Shown here: in pieces, positions 34,622 through 42,977 of the stretch
How positions within the stretch are numbered: position 1 is the first letter of the stretch
How the letters are laid out: each line of letters starts with the position of its first letter
Sequence record: NC_073316.1
Reading direction: 5' to 3' (one strand)
DNA length: 44,723 nucleotides
Origin: Escherichia phage vB_EcoS_fFiEco02
Notes under the pieces: generated by a model
The model's input: the letters and a program-made list of their open reading frames with translations, nothing else
Database searches by the model: none
Told to the model about the DNA's origin: nothing
Made by a program: the position numbers and the translations under genes

Positions 34622-36889
34622 CTATTCCAAATCTTCCTCTGTCGCTACCAGCATTTCATTCGGTTCGTATATTGTCTTCGGAATCTTGTTATCCGTTATC
34701 CTGGTGTTCAGCCTGTAACGGCCGGGTATTATCTGATTGTTTTCGTCAGTACCCGGAACAAGATACCCGGCCTCAACCATTTTCTTAATCTTCCCGCGTT
34801 CTATAGCTTCTTTGGAGTTAAACGCCTTTGCGTTGGGGTCGGACTGTGCCAGCTTATTCGCTGCGGCTACTGTGATACCTTCGTTTCCGTTGTAGGTTCC
34901 TTCCGCCAGTTCAAACGCTGCCAGTATCGTGGCTTCTGAGCTGTTGACGGCGTTCTCTACGGTTTTACGTACGTTTTCTTTACCTTCCTTAGTCAGCCCT
35001 TCTTCCCGCTCTTTCTCCTCGTCAGTTTTGAACGGCTCGAAACCCCACGGCATTAACACAAGCGCTTTGTGCGGCTCCGGCAGGTCCAGGTTTACGATTG
35101 TGCCGTATTCCTCTGTGTTACCCAGGAACTCAACCGCACGGTATTCTTTCGGCGGCGGCGCTTCACGGAACTGTACAGACTCCAGCACCATACCAACCGT
35201 CTTCTGTTGAGGTCCGTGCTTAAATTTAGAGTGGTATACATTTATCTGACGGTCGGTTGCGCGTTCAATTGTCAGTTCCACATCGACGCCTGCGTACAGC
35301 GCGCCACTGCCACGGGCTTTCTTTCCACCCTTCGGGGTATGGTGGACGACGCCTACCGCGGCTTTAGTTGTGTCGCGTACTTCTTTCATGATTGCGATAA
35401 CTTTACCCATACCGATTGCCGTTGATGAACTGTTCTCGTCGAACTTATCGATCGTCAGGGCCAGCGTCTGGTTGAGGGTGTCAAACGCAACCATGCCAAT
35501 AGGTTCATCCCCCGCAGTTTCACGCATCAACTTAATCAGGTTTTTCAGTTTGCCGACTTCACCCACGTCGATGACATGTACATAATCTTTACCTTCTTCG
35601 CCGTATTTAGCCGCAAGGGCATCGATACGTGTACGTGTAGCCGCACCACCTTCACCATCAATATAGAAGTGATGGCAACGCTGGGTATCCGCCCCGGCAA
35701 ACCGGTATCCGGAGGCACTCAGGTACATCATACCCAGTGTATAGAACGATTTATACGTGCCGGATTCCCCGACAATATCCCAGATGCAATCCGACGGCAT
35801 GTACCCTTCAACGACGAAATCAGCCTTTACCGGTTCCGGTAGCTCATCCTCTTCTGAGTCCTCGTCGCCCTCCAGGTCGTCCAGGCTGCATGAAACTGAT
35901 TCACGCGCACCCCAACCGATAGCCTCAGCCACTTTACTGAACGGCAGCCCGGTCGCATCACACACATACTTCCACACCTCTTTTGGTGGCATGCCTTCGG
36001 TTGCCGTAATGTCGGTGTCGTGAATCATGGTTACGTTAGGTGCTTCGTACCCCTCGCGCGGGAAGCACAGCAGGAAGTCATCCGGCCGCGGCGTCGGGTC
36101 GCTGTAGTTCTCTGCGTGTTCCGGCGTAGCTGGCATTTTCAGGCCGCGCGGCGTCATGATACCGCCGTACTCAAACGCCAGTGCTTCAAACGCATCAGTA
36201 AACGCGGTGCGCAGTTCTTCCGGTATCTGGTAATCCGATGCGCTGCTCACCTCGTAATCCGGTATGCCTTCCAGTAACTCATCCGGGTCAATCAGGTCGT
36301 TGCGGCGCGACCAGATAACAGTAGAGCCAACCGGCGGCAGGTACATCGGCTGAGACAGAGTGAACCCGCTGCGGTCCGCGCCCATACCTTTGAAGAAGTG
36401 CTCCAGCAATCCATGACGGACGCGGACGATGTCACCACCTTCAACCGGACGAGCCAGCGGCATGACAACACGAAAGCGCGGCGACTCATCAATATGTGAC
36501 GCCGTGGTATAGAGGCACATGGCTTTACGGCTGCGCTTAACCCGGTGCACCGCTTCCTGGTACTCTTCCGGCGTTGCACTGTCGAAGTCCAGATACGCCA
36601 GCGACGATTTGCTTACAGACGCGTCACAGCGATAAAAGAAGCCTTTACGGGCCTGCTTAAAGTCACCTGTTTCCGGGTCTTTTACGGTGCTGTGTATAGA
36701 ATCGCACGCGGCAGTGATATAACCTGGCGCGGTCTTAGGGTTAATCCCGTCGCGAACAGCATCAAGCGGCTGAATTAACTCTTTCAGGTCATCCAGTGTT
36801 GCCGTATGTGTGGTTCTGACGTTTATATCCTTTTTCTCCGCCCGCGCGTTGCGACGGGACCACGAGTAGGATAAAATTACATCGGACAT
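34622..36889 (-). CDS. primase-helicase (N-terminal primase-like domain, C-terminal RecA/DnaB-like P-loop domain)
   Basis: 755 aa; Walker A GESGTYKS, Walker B-like VAFDTLN; SD aaggaaa. Confidence 0.8.
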   Translation of the reverse strand: MSDVILSYSWSRRNARAEKKDINVRTTHTATLDDLKELIQPLDAVRDGINPKTAPGYITAACDSIHSTVKDPETGDFKQARKGFFYRCDASVSKSSLAYLDFDSATPEEYQEAVHRVKRSRKAMCLYTTASHIDESPRFRVVMPLARPVEGGDIVRVRHGLLEHFFKGMGADRSGFTLSQPMYLPPVGSTVIWSRRNDLIDPDELLEGIPDYEVSSASDYQIPEELRTAFTDAFEALAFEYGGIMTPRGLKMPATPEHAENYSDPTPRPDDFLLCFPREGYEAPNVTMIHDTDITATEGMPPKEVWKYVCDATGLPFSKVAEAIGWGARESVSCSLDDLEGDEDSEEDELPEPVKADFVVEGYMPSDCIWDIVGESGTYKSFYTLGMMYLSASGYRFAGADTQRCHHFYIDGEGGAATRTRIDALAAKYGEEGKDYVHVIDVGEVGKLKNLIKLMRETAGDEPIGMVAFDTLNQTLALTIDKFDENSSSTAIGMGKVIAIMKEVRDTTKAAVGVVHHTPKGGKKARGSGALYAGVDVELTIERATDRQINVYHSKFKHGPQQKTVGMVLESVQFREAPPPKEYRAVEFLGNTEEYGTIVNLDLPEPHKALVLMPWGFEPFKTDEEKEREEGLTKEGKENVRKTVENAVNSSEATILAAFELAEGTYNGNEGITVAAANKLAQSDPNAKAFNSKEAIERGKIKKMVEAGYLVPGTDENNQIIPGRYRLNTRITDNKIPKTIYEPNEMLVATEEDLE

Positions 36890-36947
36890 GTTGTATTTCC
36901 TTCAGCAAGTAATTTAGCCTCGGCGTTCACCGCGTCGGGGCTTTCTT

Positions 36948-37238
36948 TTATCTTTTAGCCAGACATTCCATCAAATGCTCGTACTTACGGTAATAATCTA
37001 CGACAATCTCATCACCGAAATACTGATACACGTACGCTAAGTGGTCAGAGACATCGATGGAAGCCGACATTGCGCTGAGGCTTCTTAGACTAATCAACTG
37101 CAATTCTTCTGTAACGCAAAACGGCGAATATGAGTCCAGTTTACAGGAAACGTTAAAACACAACGCGTATTCACCTTGCACTAAATAAACCATATAAGCA
37201 TTGTCGTTCTCTTTATCGTGGAAAATTACACCTTTCAT
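36948..37238 (-). CDS. hypothetical protein
   Basis: 96 aa, second gene of the leftward operon. Confidence 0.45.
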   Translation of the reverse strand: MKGVIFHDKENDNAYMVYLVQGEYALCFNVSCKLDSYSPFCVTEELQLISLRSLSAMSASIDVSDHLAYVYQYFGDEIVVDYYRKYEHLMECLAKR

Positions 37239-37417
37239 TTCACGTTCTCCTTAATCCACGCTTCAACTTTATTGCGGTCAAATGTCCCTGGTAAACGGCG
37301 GCCCATAACCTTAATACAGCAATCCGGGAATTTGCCACTGCGCAACCAGTTATTAATTGTCTGACGTGTCACCCCGATACGTTCAGCTACTTCATTCTGG
37401 GTCATGTAACGCTGCAT
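37235..37417 (-). CDS. small HTH DNA-binding protein (AlpA/excisionase-like fold)
   Basis: MTQNEVAERIGVTRQTINNWLRSGKFP; ATG at 37417 with SD aggaga; first gene of the leftward operon. Confidence 0.55.
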   Translation of the reverse strand: MQRYMTQNEVAERIGVTRQTINNWLRSGKFPDCCIKVMGRRLPGTFDRNKVEAWIKENVK

Positions 37418-37448
37418 TTTTATATCTCCTGTTTGTTTAGTGGAACCG

Positions 37449-37477
37449 AGTATAGGATAGCGGGAATGTAAAAGCAA
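37449..37477 (-). promoter_or_regulatory. promoter TTGCTT-N17-TATACT for the leftward replication operon
   Basis: hexamers at correct spacing about 30 nt upstream of the HTH gene start. Confidence 0.45.
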
Positions 37478-37524
37478 CCAAAACTGAACACAAAGTTACT
37501 AAGATGCAAAAGATGCTACTGGTA

Positions 37525-37553
37525 TTGACTTTTACTTAAAAATATGCTAAGCT
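37525..37553 (+). promoter_or_regulatory. promoter TTGACT-N17-TAAGCT of structured RNA B
   Basis: paralog of 5687-5715. Confidence 0.5.
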
Positions 37554-37559
37554 TCACTG

Positions 37560-37794
37560 AGCTTGTGAGATATCGCAAGCGACCGCGGAGCGGCAGGGAA
37601 CGCAACGCGTGCCATTAGGCACTTGAGTGTAGTTCCGCTGGCGCTTTCGGAAGGGCCAAAGTCTATTGTTAATCCCGCCTAAATACCCAAGTCACTGATA
37701 ATTAAAAGTTTATATAGTTGCCGTAAGCAAGGTAGAGAGTACTTCACTCCGCTGGGGTGGGCTAACGCCCACCCACTGCGTTGCGTACTCTTTT
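37560..37794 (+). ncRNA. structured RNA element B (paralog of 5722-5918)
   Basis: conserved core; stems GCTTG/CAAGC, CAG-GGAAC/GTTCC-g-CTG, GTGCC-ATTA-GGCAC; ends in a long hairpin + tctttt. Confidence 0.5.
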
Positions 37795-37833
37795 AAGAAA
37801 CGAAAGAATCACAACGGCAACGTAACTATTTTC

Positions 37834-37862
37834 TTGCACACCCCAACATAATAGGATACTAT
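37834..37862 (+). promoter_or_regulatory. early promoter TTGCAC-N17-TACTAT with AATAG-N4-CTATTC palindrome
   Basis: consensus-like hexamers; conserved leader …ATCGAAACGAGA… shared with 39344 and 42424 promoters. Confidence 0.6.
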
Positions 37863-37896
37863 TCACTTATCGAAACGAGACAGATGAGTGAGGGTT

Positions 37897-38085
37897 ATGT
37901 TTAGGAAGGGTCAGTTGGTTAAAGCCGTAGATTATTATTATAGTATTGTTGAAACAGAGTCTGTCGTTTTTCCCGGAACTTATAGGGTGCGTTTTCTCGT
38001 GAAAAGATTAGGTGCGGTAGATTGGTTCCGGGAAGACGAGCTAACACTCATCGGCAACAATTTTAAATTCAAAGGGGCGAAGTGA
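37897..38085 (+). CDS. hypothetical early protein
   Basis: 62 aa from the ATG at 37897. Confidence 0.4.
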   Translation: MFRKGQLVKAVDYYYSIVETESVVFPGTYRVRFLVKRLGAVDWFREDELTLIGNNFKFKGAK

Positions 38086-38321
38086 TGCAAATCATAATTA
38101 CAGATAACACCGTTACCTGTGAAACGGCTAACGATACTCTGGAGAGCATAGGCGTAAATATCGGTGATGTTTTCGATGTACTGGATTCCTGTAACGGTGG
38201 CTGGTGGATTAAGACGGGAAGATACACAATCCCGGTAACTAAGGCCGAAGCGCAAATATACACAACGGCATCGAATCATGATGCTCGCGCCGACGACTCT
38301 GAGGGAGGTTGCCGTAAATGA
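38085..38321 (+). CDS. hypothetical early protein (paralog family with 38654-38845)
   Basis: shared segment IGVNIGDVFDVLDS vs FGVAVGDVFEVVEA. Confidence 0.45.
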   Translation: MQIIITDNTVTCETANDTLESIGVNIGDVFDVLDSCNGGWWIKTGRYTIPVTKAEAQIYTTASNHDARADDSEGGCRK

Positions 38322-38593
38322 ATAACACTGAACTGAAAACAGTAGCGGAATATAACCATAAAATACGTGTCATGCGTCGGGGTGCCGGGCTGGAGCAGTT
38401 TTATAACATGCGGCGCACTGCGACGCGCGACCCCGAGTTTCCGCGAACAGGTTATTATTTCACTGAAGGCATTATTCCGATTCGTGCCCGCAAGGATTAC
38501 GGTTGGGTGCGCGAGACACCTAATCTTATGTGGTGCTGGTATTGTGGTGAGTTCTGGGTGCACGTTAAAGAGAAGATGGTGGGTTATGAATAA
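38318..38593 (+). CDS. hypothetical early protein
   Basis: 91 aa, ATGA-type overlap with the upstream gene. Confidence 0.4.
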   Translation: MNNTELKTVAEYNHKIRVMRRGAGLEQFYNMRRTATRDPEFPRTGYYFTEGIIPIRARKDYGWVRETPNLMWCWYCGEFWVHVKEKMVGYE

Positions 38594-38653
38594 TTACCCG
38601 TTTATTTTAATCGTCAGCGCCGTTTATGAGGCGCACGCGTTGTGGGGGCTGGT

Positions 38654-38845
38654 ATGAGAATTCGAATAACAAAGGTAAACAGTTTTCAACCCGCACCCTA
38701 TGACGACCATCCGCTCTACCATTTCGGCGTGGCTGTCGGTGATGTGTTCGAGGTTGTGGAAGCGCATGGGTACGGGTTTATAGTCGAAACTGATGATGGA
38801 CCGCTATTCATTAGACGCAGTGAGTGCGAAGTTCTGGAGGACTAA
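38654..38845 (+). CDS. hypothetical early protein
   Basis: 63 aa from the ATG at 38654. Confidence 0.4.
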   Translation: MRIRITKVNSFQPAPYDDHPLYHFGVAVGDVFEVVEAHGYGFIVETDDGPLFIRRSECEVLED

Positions 38846-38848
38846 TTT

Positions 38849-38992
38849 ATGAGAGAAGCATTTGAACGGTGGGCCGTCGTCGAGGGTCTGCCGGTTAACA
38901 AGGGTTCAAAGAAAGAGTACCTGAACGTTAAGACGCGTCTCGCGTGGCGGGCGTGGAAAGCTGGTGTGTTGTCTGTTGTGAATCCGAGGTGA
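38849..38992 (+). CDS. hypothetical small protein (47 aa)
   Basis: below track cutoff; tightly packed between neighbours. Confidence 0.3.
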   Translation: MREAFERWAVVEGLPVNKGSKKEYLNVKTRLAWRAWKAGVLSVVNPR

Positions 38993-38995
38993 GAT

Positions 38996-39187
38996 ATGGG
39001 TAAGTGGATTAAGTGTAGTGAGCGGATGCCGGAAAAGCTTGATGATGTGCTGGTTACTGATGGCGAGCATGTCGAGGTTAAATGGTGGAACGGTCGTATT
39101 TGGGATTGTTGGGCACCGCGTAACTCAGATATTAGTTACAAAGATGTAACTCACTGGATGCCGTTACCCGAGCCGCCGGAAGTGTGA
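38996..39187 (+). CDS. small protein resembling DUF551-type phage proteins
   Basis: C-terminal THWMPLPEPPEV, Trp-rich. Confidence 0.4.
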   Translation: MGKWIKCSERMPEKLDDVLVTDGEHVEVKWWNGRIWDCWAPRNSDISYKDVTHWMPLPEPPEV

Positions 39188-39229
39188 TGTTATATTGTAA
39201 CAATAGTTTGGGATTTTACTGAGTGACTT

Positions 39230-39258
39230 ACGCTGCTACACCGCAGCGTATCATTTTT
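39230..39258 (+). terminator. rho-independent terminator
   Basis: hairpin acgctgc-tacacc-gcagcgt + atcattttt. Confidence 0.55.
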
Positions 39259-39343
39259 CTCATTTTTGTTCTATTTCACCAAACGCAACAATCGAAGCGA
39301 CTATTGCAGGAGATGCAACGATACAAACACCAATAAAATTTAC

Positions 39344-39372
39344 TTGCACACTGGGATAGAATAGGCTACTAT
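39344..39372 (+). promoter_or_regulatory. early promoter TTGCAC-N17-TACTAT with GAATAG-N4-CTATTC palindrome
   Basis: palindrome 39359-39374; leader contains ACGAGAGGAGAG. Confidence 0.6.
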
Positions 39373-39403
39373 TCATTTACACGAACGAGAGGAGAGACGG
39401 AAT

Positions 39404-39592
39404 ATGAGTAACAAAAACGAGCATTTGATTAAAGTTACCCCAGTATGGTCGGCGTGGGTTATTGCCTCTGATGGGGAGCACGTACCAAAATTCGTGTTCA
39501 CTGATGAGAAAGTTGCGCGTGAGTGGCTTCGCGCCGGCAAGAAAGGTGAACGCGGCATCATGAAGGTTGGGCTTGTAGGAGACGTATTATGA
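39404..39592 (+). CDS. hypothetical early protein
   Basis: 62 aa; starts MSNKNE with the same 17 nt as the next gene. Confidence 0.45.
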   Translation: MSNKNEHLIKVTPVWSAWVIASDGEHVPKFVFTDEKVAREWLRAGKKGERGIMKVGLVGDVL

Positions 39593-40239
39593 GTAACAAA
39601 AACGAAGTATTCGAGTACCTGATTGACCAGTTACGGCGGCAGCTACCGGTCGTAGATGTTATGGGTGAGATTGAACGGTGGAGTATCGACCGTAGTATCG
39701 CGGGTCGCGGTAACTATACCGACGAGGAAAACGCCATAATCGATGCTTACATCGGCCTGGAGCACAACCCGTACAAGCAACAGTGCGAAGGCCTGGCCCA
39801 TGAAGTGCTGTCACTTAAGAATCAGTTACGTGATGCGTCGGCGCTGGTGGCTGAGTTACAGAAAGAACTTGATATCGCCAATAGCACCGTCGTTCGTTTG
39901 CGTAAAGAGATAGCTAAGTCTACCGGTGACATTGGAGAATACATCGATGCCATGGAGCAATCCGGTTGCTGCAAAGAAGATACTCAGTACAACGCCTGGA
40001 GGCCGCATTATGGTGCGCGACAACCTGTGCCGGATGGGACTATGGTATTTATCCGGTATCGCAACGGGGAGGAGCCGAAACACAGTGTAGCAGCAGAAAA
40101 GCGGTCGTGGATTTGGGATGGAACATACGCAGACATAGTGGAATACAAGATTGACACACAGGAATGTGAACATGACTATCGTTTGGTTCTGTGGTGTAAC
40201 GACTTACAGCAGTGCTCTAAATGCGGGGTGATCAAATGA
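39589..40239 (+). CDS. hypothetical early protein (coiled-coil N-terminal, Cys/Trp-rich C-terminal)
   Basis: 216 aa; ATGA overlap with the upstream gene. Confidence 0.5.
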   Translation: MSNKNEVFEYLIDQLRRQLPVVDVMGEIERWSIDRSIAGRGNYTDEENAIIDAYIGLEHNPYKQQCEGLAHEVLSLKNQLRDASALVAELQKELDIANSTVVRLRKEIAKSTGDIGEYIDAMEQSGCCKEDTQYNAWRPHYGARQPVPDGTMVFIRYRNGEEPKHSVAAEKRSWIWDGTYADIVEYKIDTQECEHDYRLVLWCNDLQQCSKCGVIK

Positions 40240-40499
40240 CCAGCATCTTATTTATCTGGGTATTGTCCGCAGGCCAGATGCAACTAGCGGCATCAGAAAC
40301 GTTTTATTCGATGGAGGCGTGCCAGTCAGCGGCACGCGCCGCAGAGAACGCGCACTTTCTGTTTCAGGGTGACAAGCCCAACGACTCAGAGGTACGCGCC
40401 GCAGAGAACGCGCACTTTCTGTTTCAGGGTGACAAGCCCAACGACTCAGAGGTACGCGCTATCTGCTCGCCTAAGCGACTTGGTAAACAGGAGAAGTGA
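40236..40499 (+). CDS. small protein with N-terminal hydrophobic segment and internal 20-aa tandem duplication
   Basis: MTSILFIWVLSAGQMQLAAS…; AAENAHFLFQGDKPNDSEVR repeated twice. Confidence 0.45.
   Translation: MTSILFIWVLSAGQMQLAASETFYSMEACQSAARAAENAHFLFQGDKPNDSEVRAAENAHFLFQGDKPNDSEVRAICSPKRLGKQEK
40334..40453 (+). repeat. perfect 60-bp tandem duplication (2 copies, plus 7-bp partial third)
   Basis: acgcgccgcagagaacgcgcactttctgtttcagggtgacaagcccaacgactcagaggt repeated head-to-tail. Confidence 0.9.
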
Positions 40500-40501
40500 T
40501 T

Positions 40502-40705
40502 ATGGTACAGAGATACTCTAAGTATGGGTCTGACAACCATTTCGGGGACCGTCACGGGGCGTGGGTTAAGTTTGAGGACTACCAGAATCTTGACCACAAG
40601 CTGTTGGAAGTTGAAGCCGAGTTACAGAAATACAAAGACCAGTTCCCTGATTACGTAGAGTGCGCGAACTGTGGGTCAGTTACACATTTGGAAGGGGTGG
40701 AGTGA
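40502..40705 (+). CDS. hypothetical early protein (MVQRY paralog 1)
   Basis: 68 aa; SD aggaga. Confidence 0.45.
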   Translation: MVQRYSKYGSDNHFGDRHGAWVKFEDYQNLDHKLLEVEAELQKYKDQFPDYVECANCGSVTHLEGVE

Positions 40706-40899
40706 TGGTACAGAGGTATGAGGTGGAAAAATGGGGCCTGCCAGAGCCTGAGATGGCTGAGTACGCATACGGCGATTATGTAGAATACGACGCTTATCTT
40801 AAACTGGAAGCAAAGTTACGTGAATTCGCTGAACAGGTAATGTACGAACCTTGTTCGAAAGTTACAGAAGAAATGGCCCGCGAGATTCTCGGAATATGA
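40705..40899 (+). CDS. hypothetical early protein (MVQRY paralog 2)
   Basis: 64 aa; same N-terminus MVQRY and similar helical YxxYLKLE pattern. Confidence 0.45.
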   Translation: MVQRYEVEKWGLPEPEMAEYAYGDYVEYDAYLKLEAKLREFAEQVMYEPCSKVTEEMAREILGI

Positions 40900-41189
40900 G
40901 CCTTGCAACTGACATCCTGAAACGAAGCGGCCTTGCGCCGCTGTCGCCGAGAGCGAATACACGAATACACAAGCGCCGCCGTAACGCGCTGTTCCCTGAG
41001 ATACAAGAACGGCGCAAAGCCATCCGCGCCTGCGGATTCCAGAGCGGGAAGGCCGTTAATCTAGGCGAGTTTAAGACGAAGGAACGCGCAGCAATCGCTA
41101 ATCGGTTATTTAATTACTGGAAATCGCTGGGATATGATGATATTCCGACGAAACCGCAGAGACGACAATACATCTGGAGACATAAATAA
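40896..41189 (+). CDS. hypothetical basic protein
   Basis: 97 aa from the ATG at 40896 (ATGA overlap); Arg/Lys-rich. Confidence 0.4.
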   Translation: MSLATDILKRSGLAPLSPRANTRIHKRRRNALFPEIQERRKAIRACGFQSGKAVNLGEFKTKERAAIANRLFNYWKSLGYDDIPTKPQRRQYIWRHK

Positions 41190-41219
41190 ACCGTTATTAA
41201 GATAATTCCTACCCGTGGT

Positions 41220-41259
41220 ATCCTCCAGTTACTGCATACTTAATACGCACCTGGAGGAT
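41220..41259 (+). promoter_or_regulatory. stem-loop sequestering the holin ribosome-binding site
   Basis: 9-bp stem atcctccag/ctggaggat; SD ggagga lies in the 3' arm, 6 nt upstream of the TTG start. Confidence 0.4.
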
Positions 41260-41264
41260 TCATC

Positions 41265-41573
41265 TTGGATAAATTTACCGAAACAGTGACGGGGTGGCTT
41301 CTCGCTGCCGCACTAGCCGGAGGGGTAATTGGACTACGACAGCATAAGTCCGTTATTTCTGACCCTATCGACGGCTTCTGCTTTATCGCAACTGGCTTCA
41401 CTTGCGCCGTGTTTGGCGCACCTCTTGCCGCCCAATGGTTTGGCATTACCGGTGAGCGTGAGATAGCTGGCCTCGGATTCATCATTGCCATTCTCTGGAT
41501 ACCCATCTATTCCCGCCTATCCGGTATCGTCGCCGGAGAATACATCGCACGTCGAGGAGGCACAGATGAATGA
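41265..41573 (+). CDS. holin (putative, three transmembrane segments, TTG start)
   Basis: 102 aa with three hydrophobic segments; no in-frame ATG/Met; immediately upstream of second membrane protein and endolysin. Confidence 0.5.
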   Translation: MDKFTETVTGWLLAAALAGGVIGLRQHKSVISDPIDGFCFIATGFTCAVFGAPLAAQWFGITGEREIAGLGFIIAILWIPIYSRLSGIVAGEYIARRGGTDE

Positions 41574-41838
41574 GTTATTCTGGTTCGGTGGTATGCTGGC
41601 AATCGGAGGCGCATCGCTGTTTAATGTGTATCACCCCCGCGTGGACGACGGACTATTTGGCCGGGTGCTCTATATCCTGACAGCTATCGTCTGCGCAGCC
41701 GGGTGTATCCACCTGTTACAGGGCAGCATGTCGCCAACGCTGCCCGAGACGTTAATCACATTAGTTGCGCTGCGCCAGATTCGCCAGGCGTGGCTGTCAT
41801 ACGGAGGACATAAGCGTGTCTCGAAACATTTCAGATAA
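41566..41838 (+). CDS. second small membrane protein (holin/antiholin candidate)
   Basis: 90 aa from the ATG at 41566 with SD gaggagg; two hydrophobic segments. Confidence 0.45.
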   Translation: MNELFWFGGMLAIGGASLFNVYHPRVDDGLFGRVLYILTAIVCAAGCIHLLQGSMSPTLPETLITLVALRQIRQAWLSYGGHKRVSKHFR

Positions 41839-42304
41839 TGGATTGCATTTTACCGCTGCGTTCGAGGGGTTCCGTGGAACTGCATATCGTGCTACGCCGA
41901 ATGAGAAGTACCTGACTATTGGGTACGGTCACTATGGGCCGGACGTAACACCAGGTAAGACCATCACCCCTGGCCAAGGCCTCCTGTTACTGAATCGCGA
42001 TATGGCTAAGGCCGTAGCTGCGGTTGATGCAGCAGCACACCATTCGCTGACACAGGCGCAGTTCGACGCCGTGTGTGACCTGGTCTATAACGCCGGTGCA
42101 GGTGTGGTTGCAGCTACTACTGGCACGGGTAAGGCGCTGCGTTCCGGTGATGTCGCGACGCTACGGGCTAAACTGGCGCTGTTTATCAACCAGAACGGCA
42201 AACCGCTACTCGGCTTGCGTCGCCGTACTGCGGGCCGTCTGGCCCTGTTCGACGGCAAACCGTGGCAGGAGGCAGAGGCTATCGGGCGCGCGGTGAAAGG
42301 TTGA
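41816..42304 (+). CDS. endolysin, T4-lysozyme-like (GH24) muramidase
   Basis: motif EGFRGTAYRATPNEKYLTIGYGH matches the E-G-x-R…Y…T-I-G-x-G-H catalytic region; GTG start with SD ggagga overlapping the upstream gene. Confidence 0.8.
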   Translation: MSRNISDNGLHFTAAFEGFRGTAYRATPNEKYLTIGYGHYGPDVTPGKTITPGQGLLLLNRDMAKAVAAVDAAAHHSLTQAQFDAVCDLVYNAGAGVVAATTGTGKALRSGDVATLRAKLALFINQNGKPLLGLRRRTAGRLALFDGKPWQEAEAIGRAVKG

Positions 42305-42370
42305 CACCTGAGACTAATCCGACGATACTTAAATCACCTCCTGTTCCATCCCTCTGCTCTCCAGTTTTAT

Positions 42371-42401
42371 CCCGGCCCTGACCCAGCCGGGATTTTTTTT
42401 T
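42371..42401 (+). terminator. strong rho-independent terminator after the lysis cassette
   Basis: hairpin cccggc-cctgaccca-gccggg followed by nine T. Confidence 0.7.
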
Positions 42402-42423
42402 ATCTATTTTCTGCAATGACTAG

Positions 42424-42452
42424 TTGACTATTAACATCGACCCTATTATATT
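42424..42452 (+). promoter_or_regulatory. promoter TTGACT-N17-TATATT with conserved early leader
   Basis: leader …ATCGACAACGAGAGGAGAG… as in the other early promoters. Confidence 0.5.
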
Positions 42453-42484
42453 TACTCCATCGACAACGAGAGGAGAGGCAGAGA

Positions 42485-42673
42485 ATGGTGACTAAGATTA
42501 AGCATACCGATAATTGGGGCGATTTCCTGGAGATATATAAGTGCAGGGACGGGTCATTACTTATAACTTGTACCGACGGTGCTATCGACGAATCAGCTAA
42601 TGTTAATATGAGCCTGGATGATTTTATTATCATTGTTGGGCAAGTGGCGGCTTTTTACAGAGATGATAAATGA
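42485..42673 (+). CDS. hypothetical small protein
   Basis: 62 aa. Confidence 0.4.
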   Translation: MVTKIKHTDNWGDFLEIYKCRDGSLLITCTDGAIDESANVNMSLDDFIIIVGQVAAFYRDDK

Positions 42674-42819
42674 AAATCACAGATATCGAAGCATTCGAAG
42701 ACGCGCAACTGATGGCACGTATCGCTGTCAGTAACCTGAGCACTACTGTACCAGCGGACGCGTTCTGGTTCGCCGCGATGCAGACACTGAAAGCAGCTTA
42801 TGCAGGAGAGAAGAAATGA
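42670..42819 (+). CDS. hypothetical small protein (49 aa)
   Basis: below track cutoff; ATGA overlaps on both sides. Confidence 0.3.
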   Translation: MKITDIEAFEDAQLMARIAVSNLSTTVPADAFWFAAMQTLKAAYAGEKK

Positions 42820-42977
42820 GCGAACAAGGTCAAGTAAGCCAACCATTACGAGTAGGCCGTAAAGTCAGTCACACACCGTTCCCGACACGCGAGGAACTGA
42901 TGAAACGTAACAGTTTCCCCGGGCCGGACAAGAACAAGTATCTCAATCGCATGTGGGGAGAGCGTAAAAATGACTGA
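42816..42977 (+). CDS. hypothetical small protein (53 aa)
   Basis: below track cutoff; ATGA overlap. Confidence 0.3.
   Translation: MSEQGQVSQPLRVGRKVSHTPFPTREELMKRNSFPGPDKNKYLNRMWGERKND

Noticed and set aside
40334-40460. Possible CRISPR-like repeat
   Set aside because: Only two perfect direct copies with no spacers, in frame within a coding sequence; a tandem duplication, not an array.
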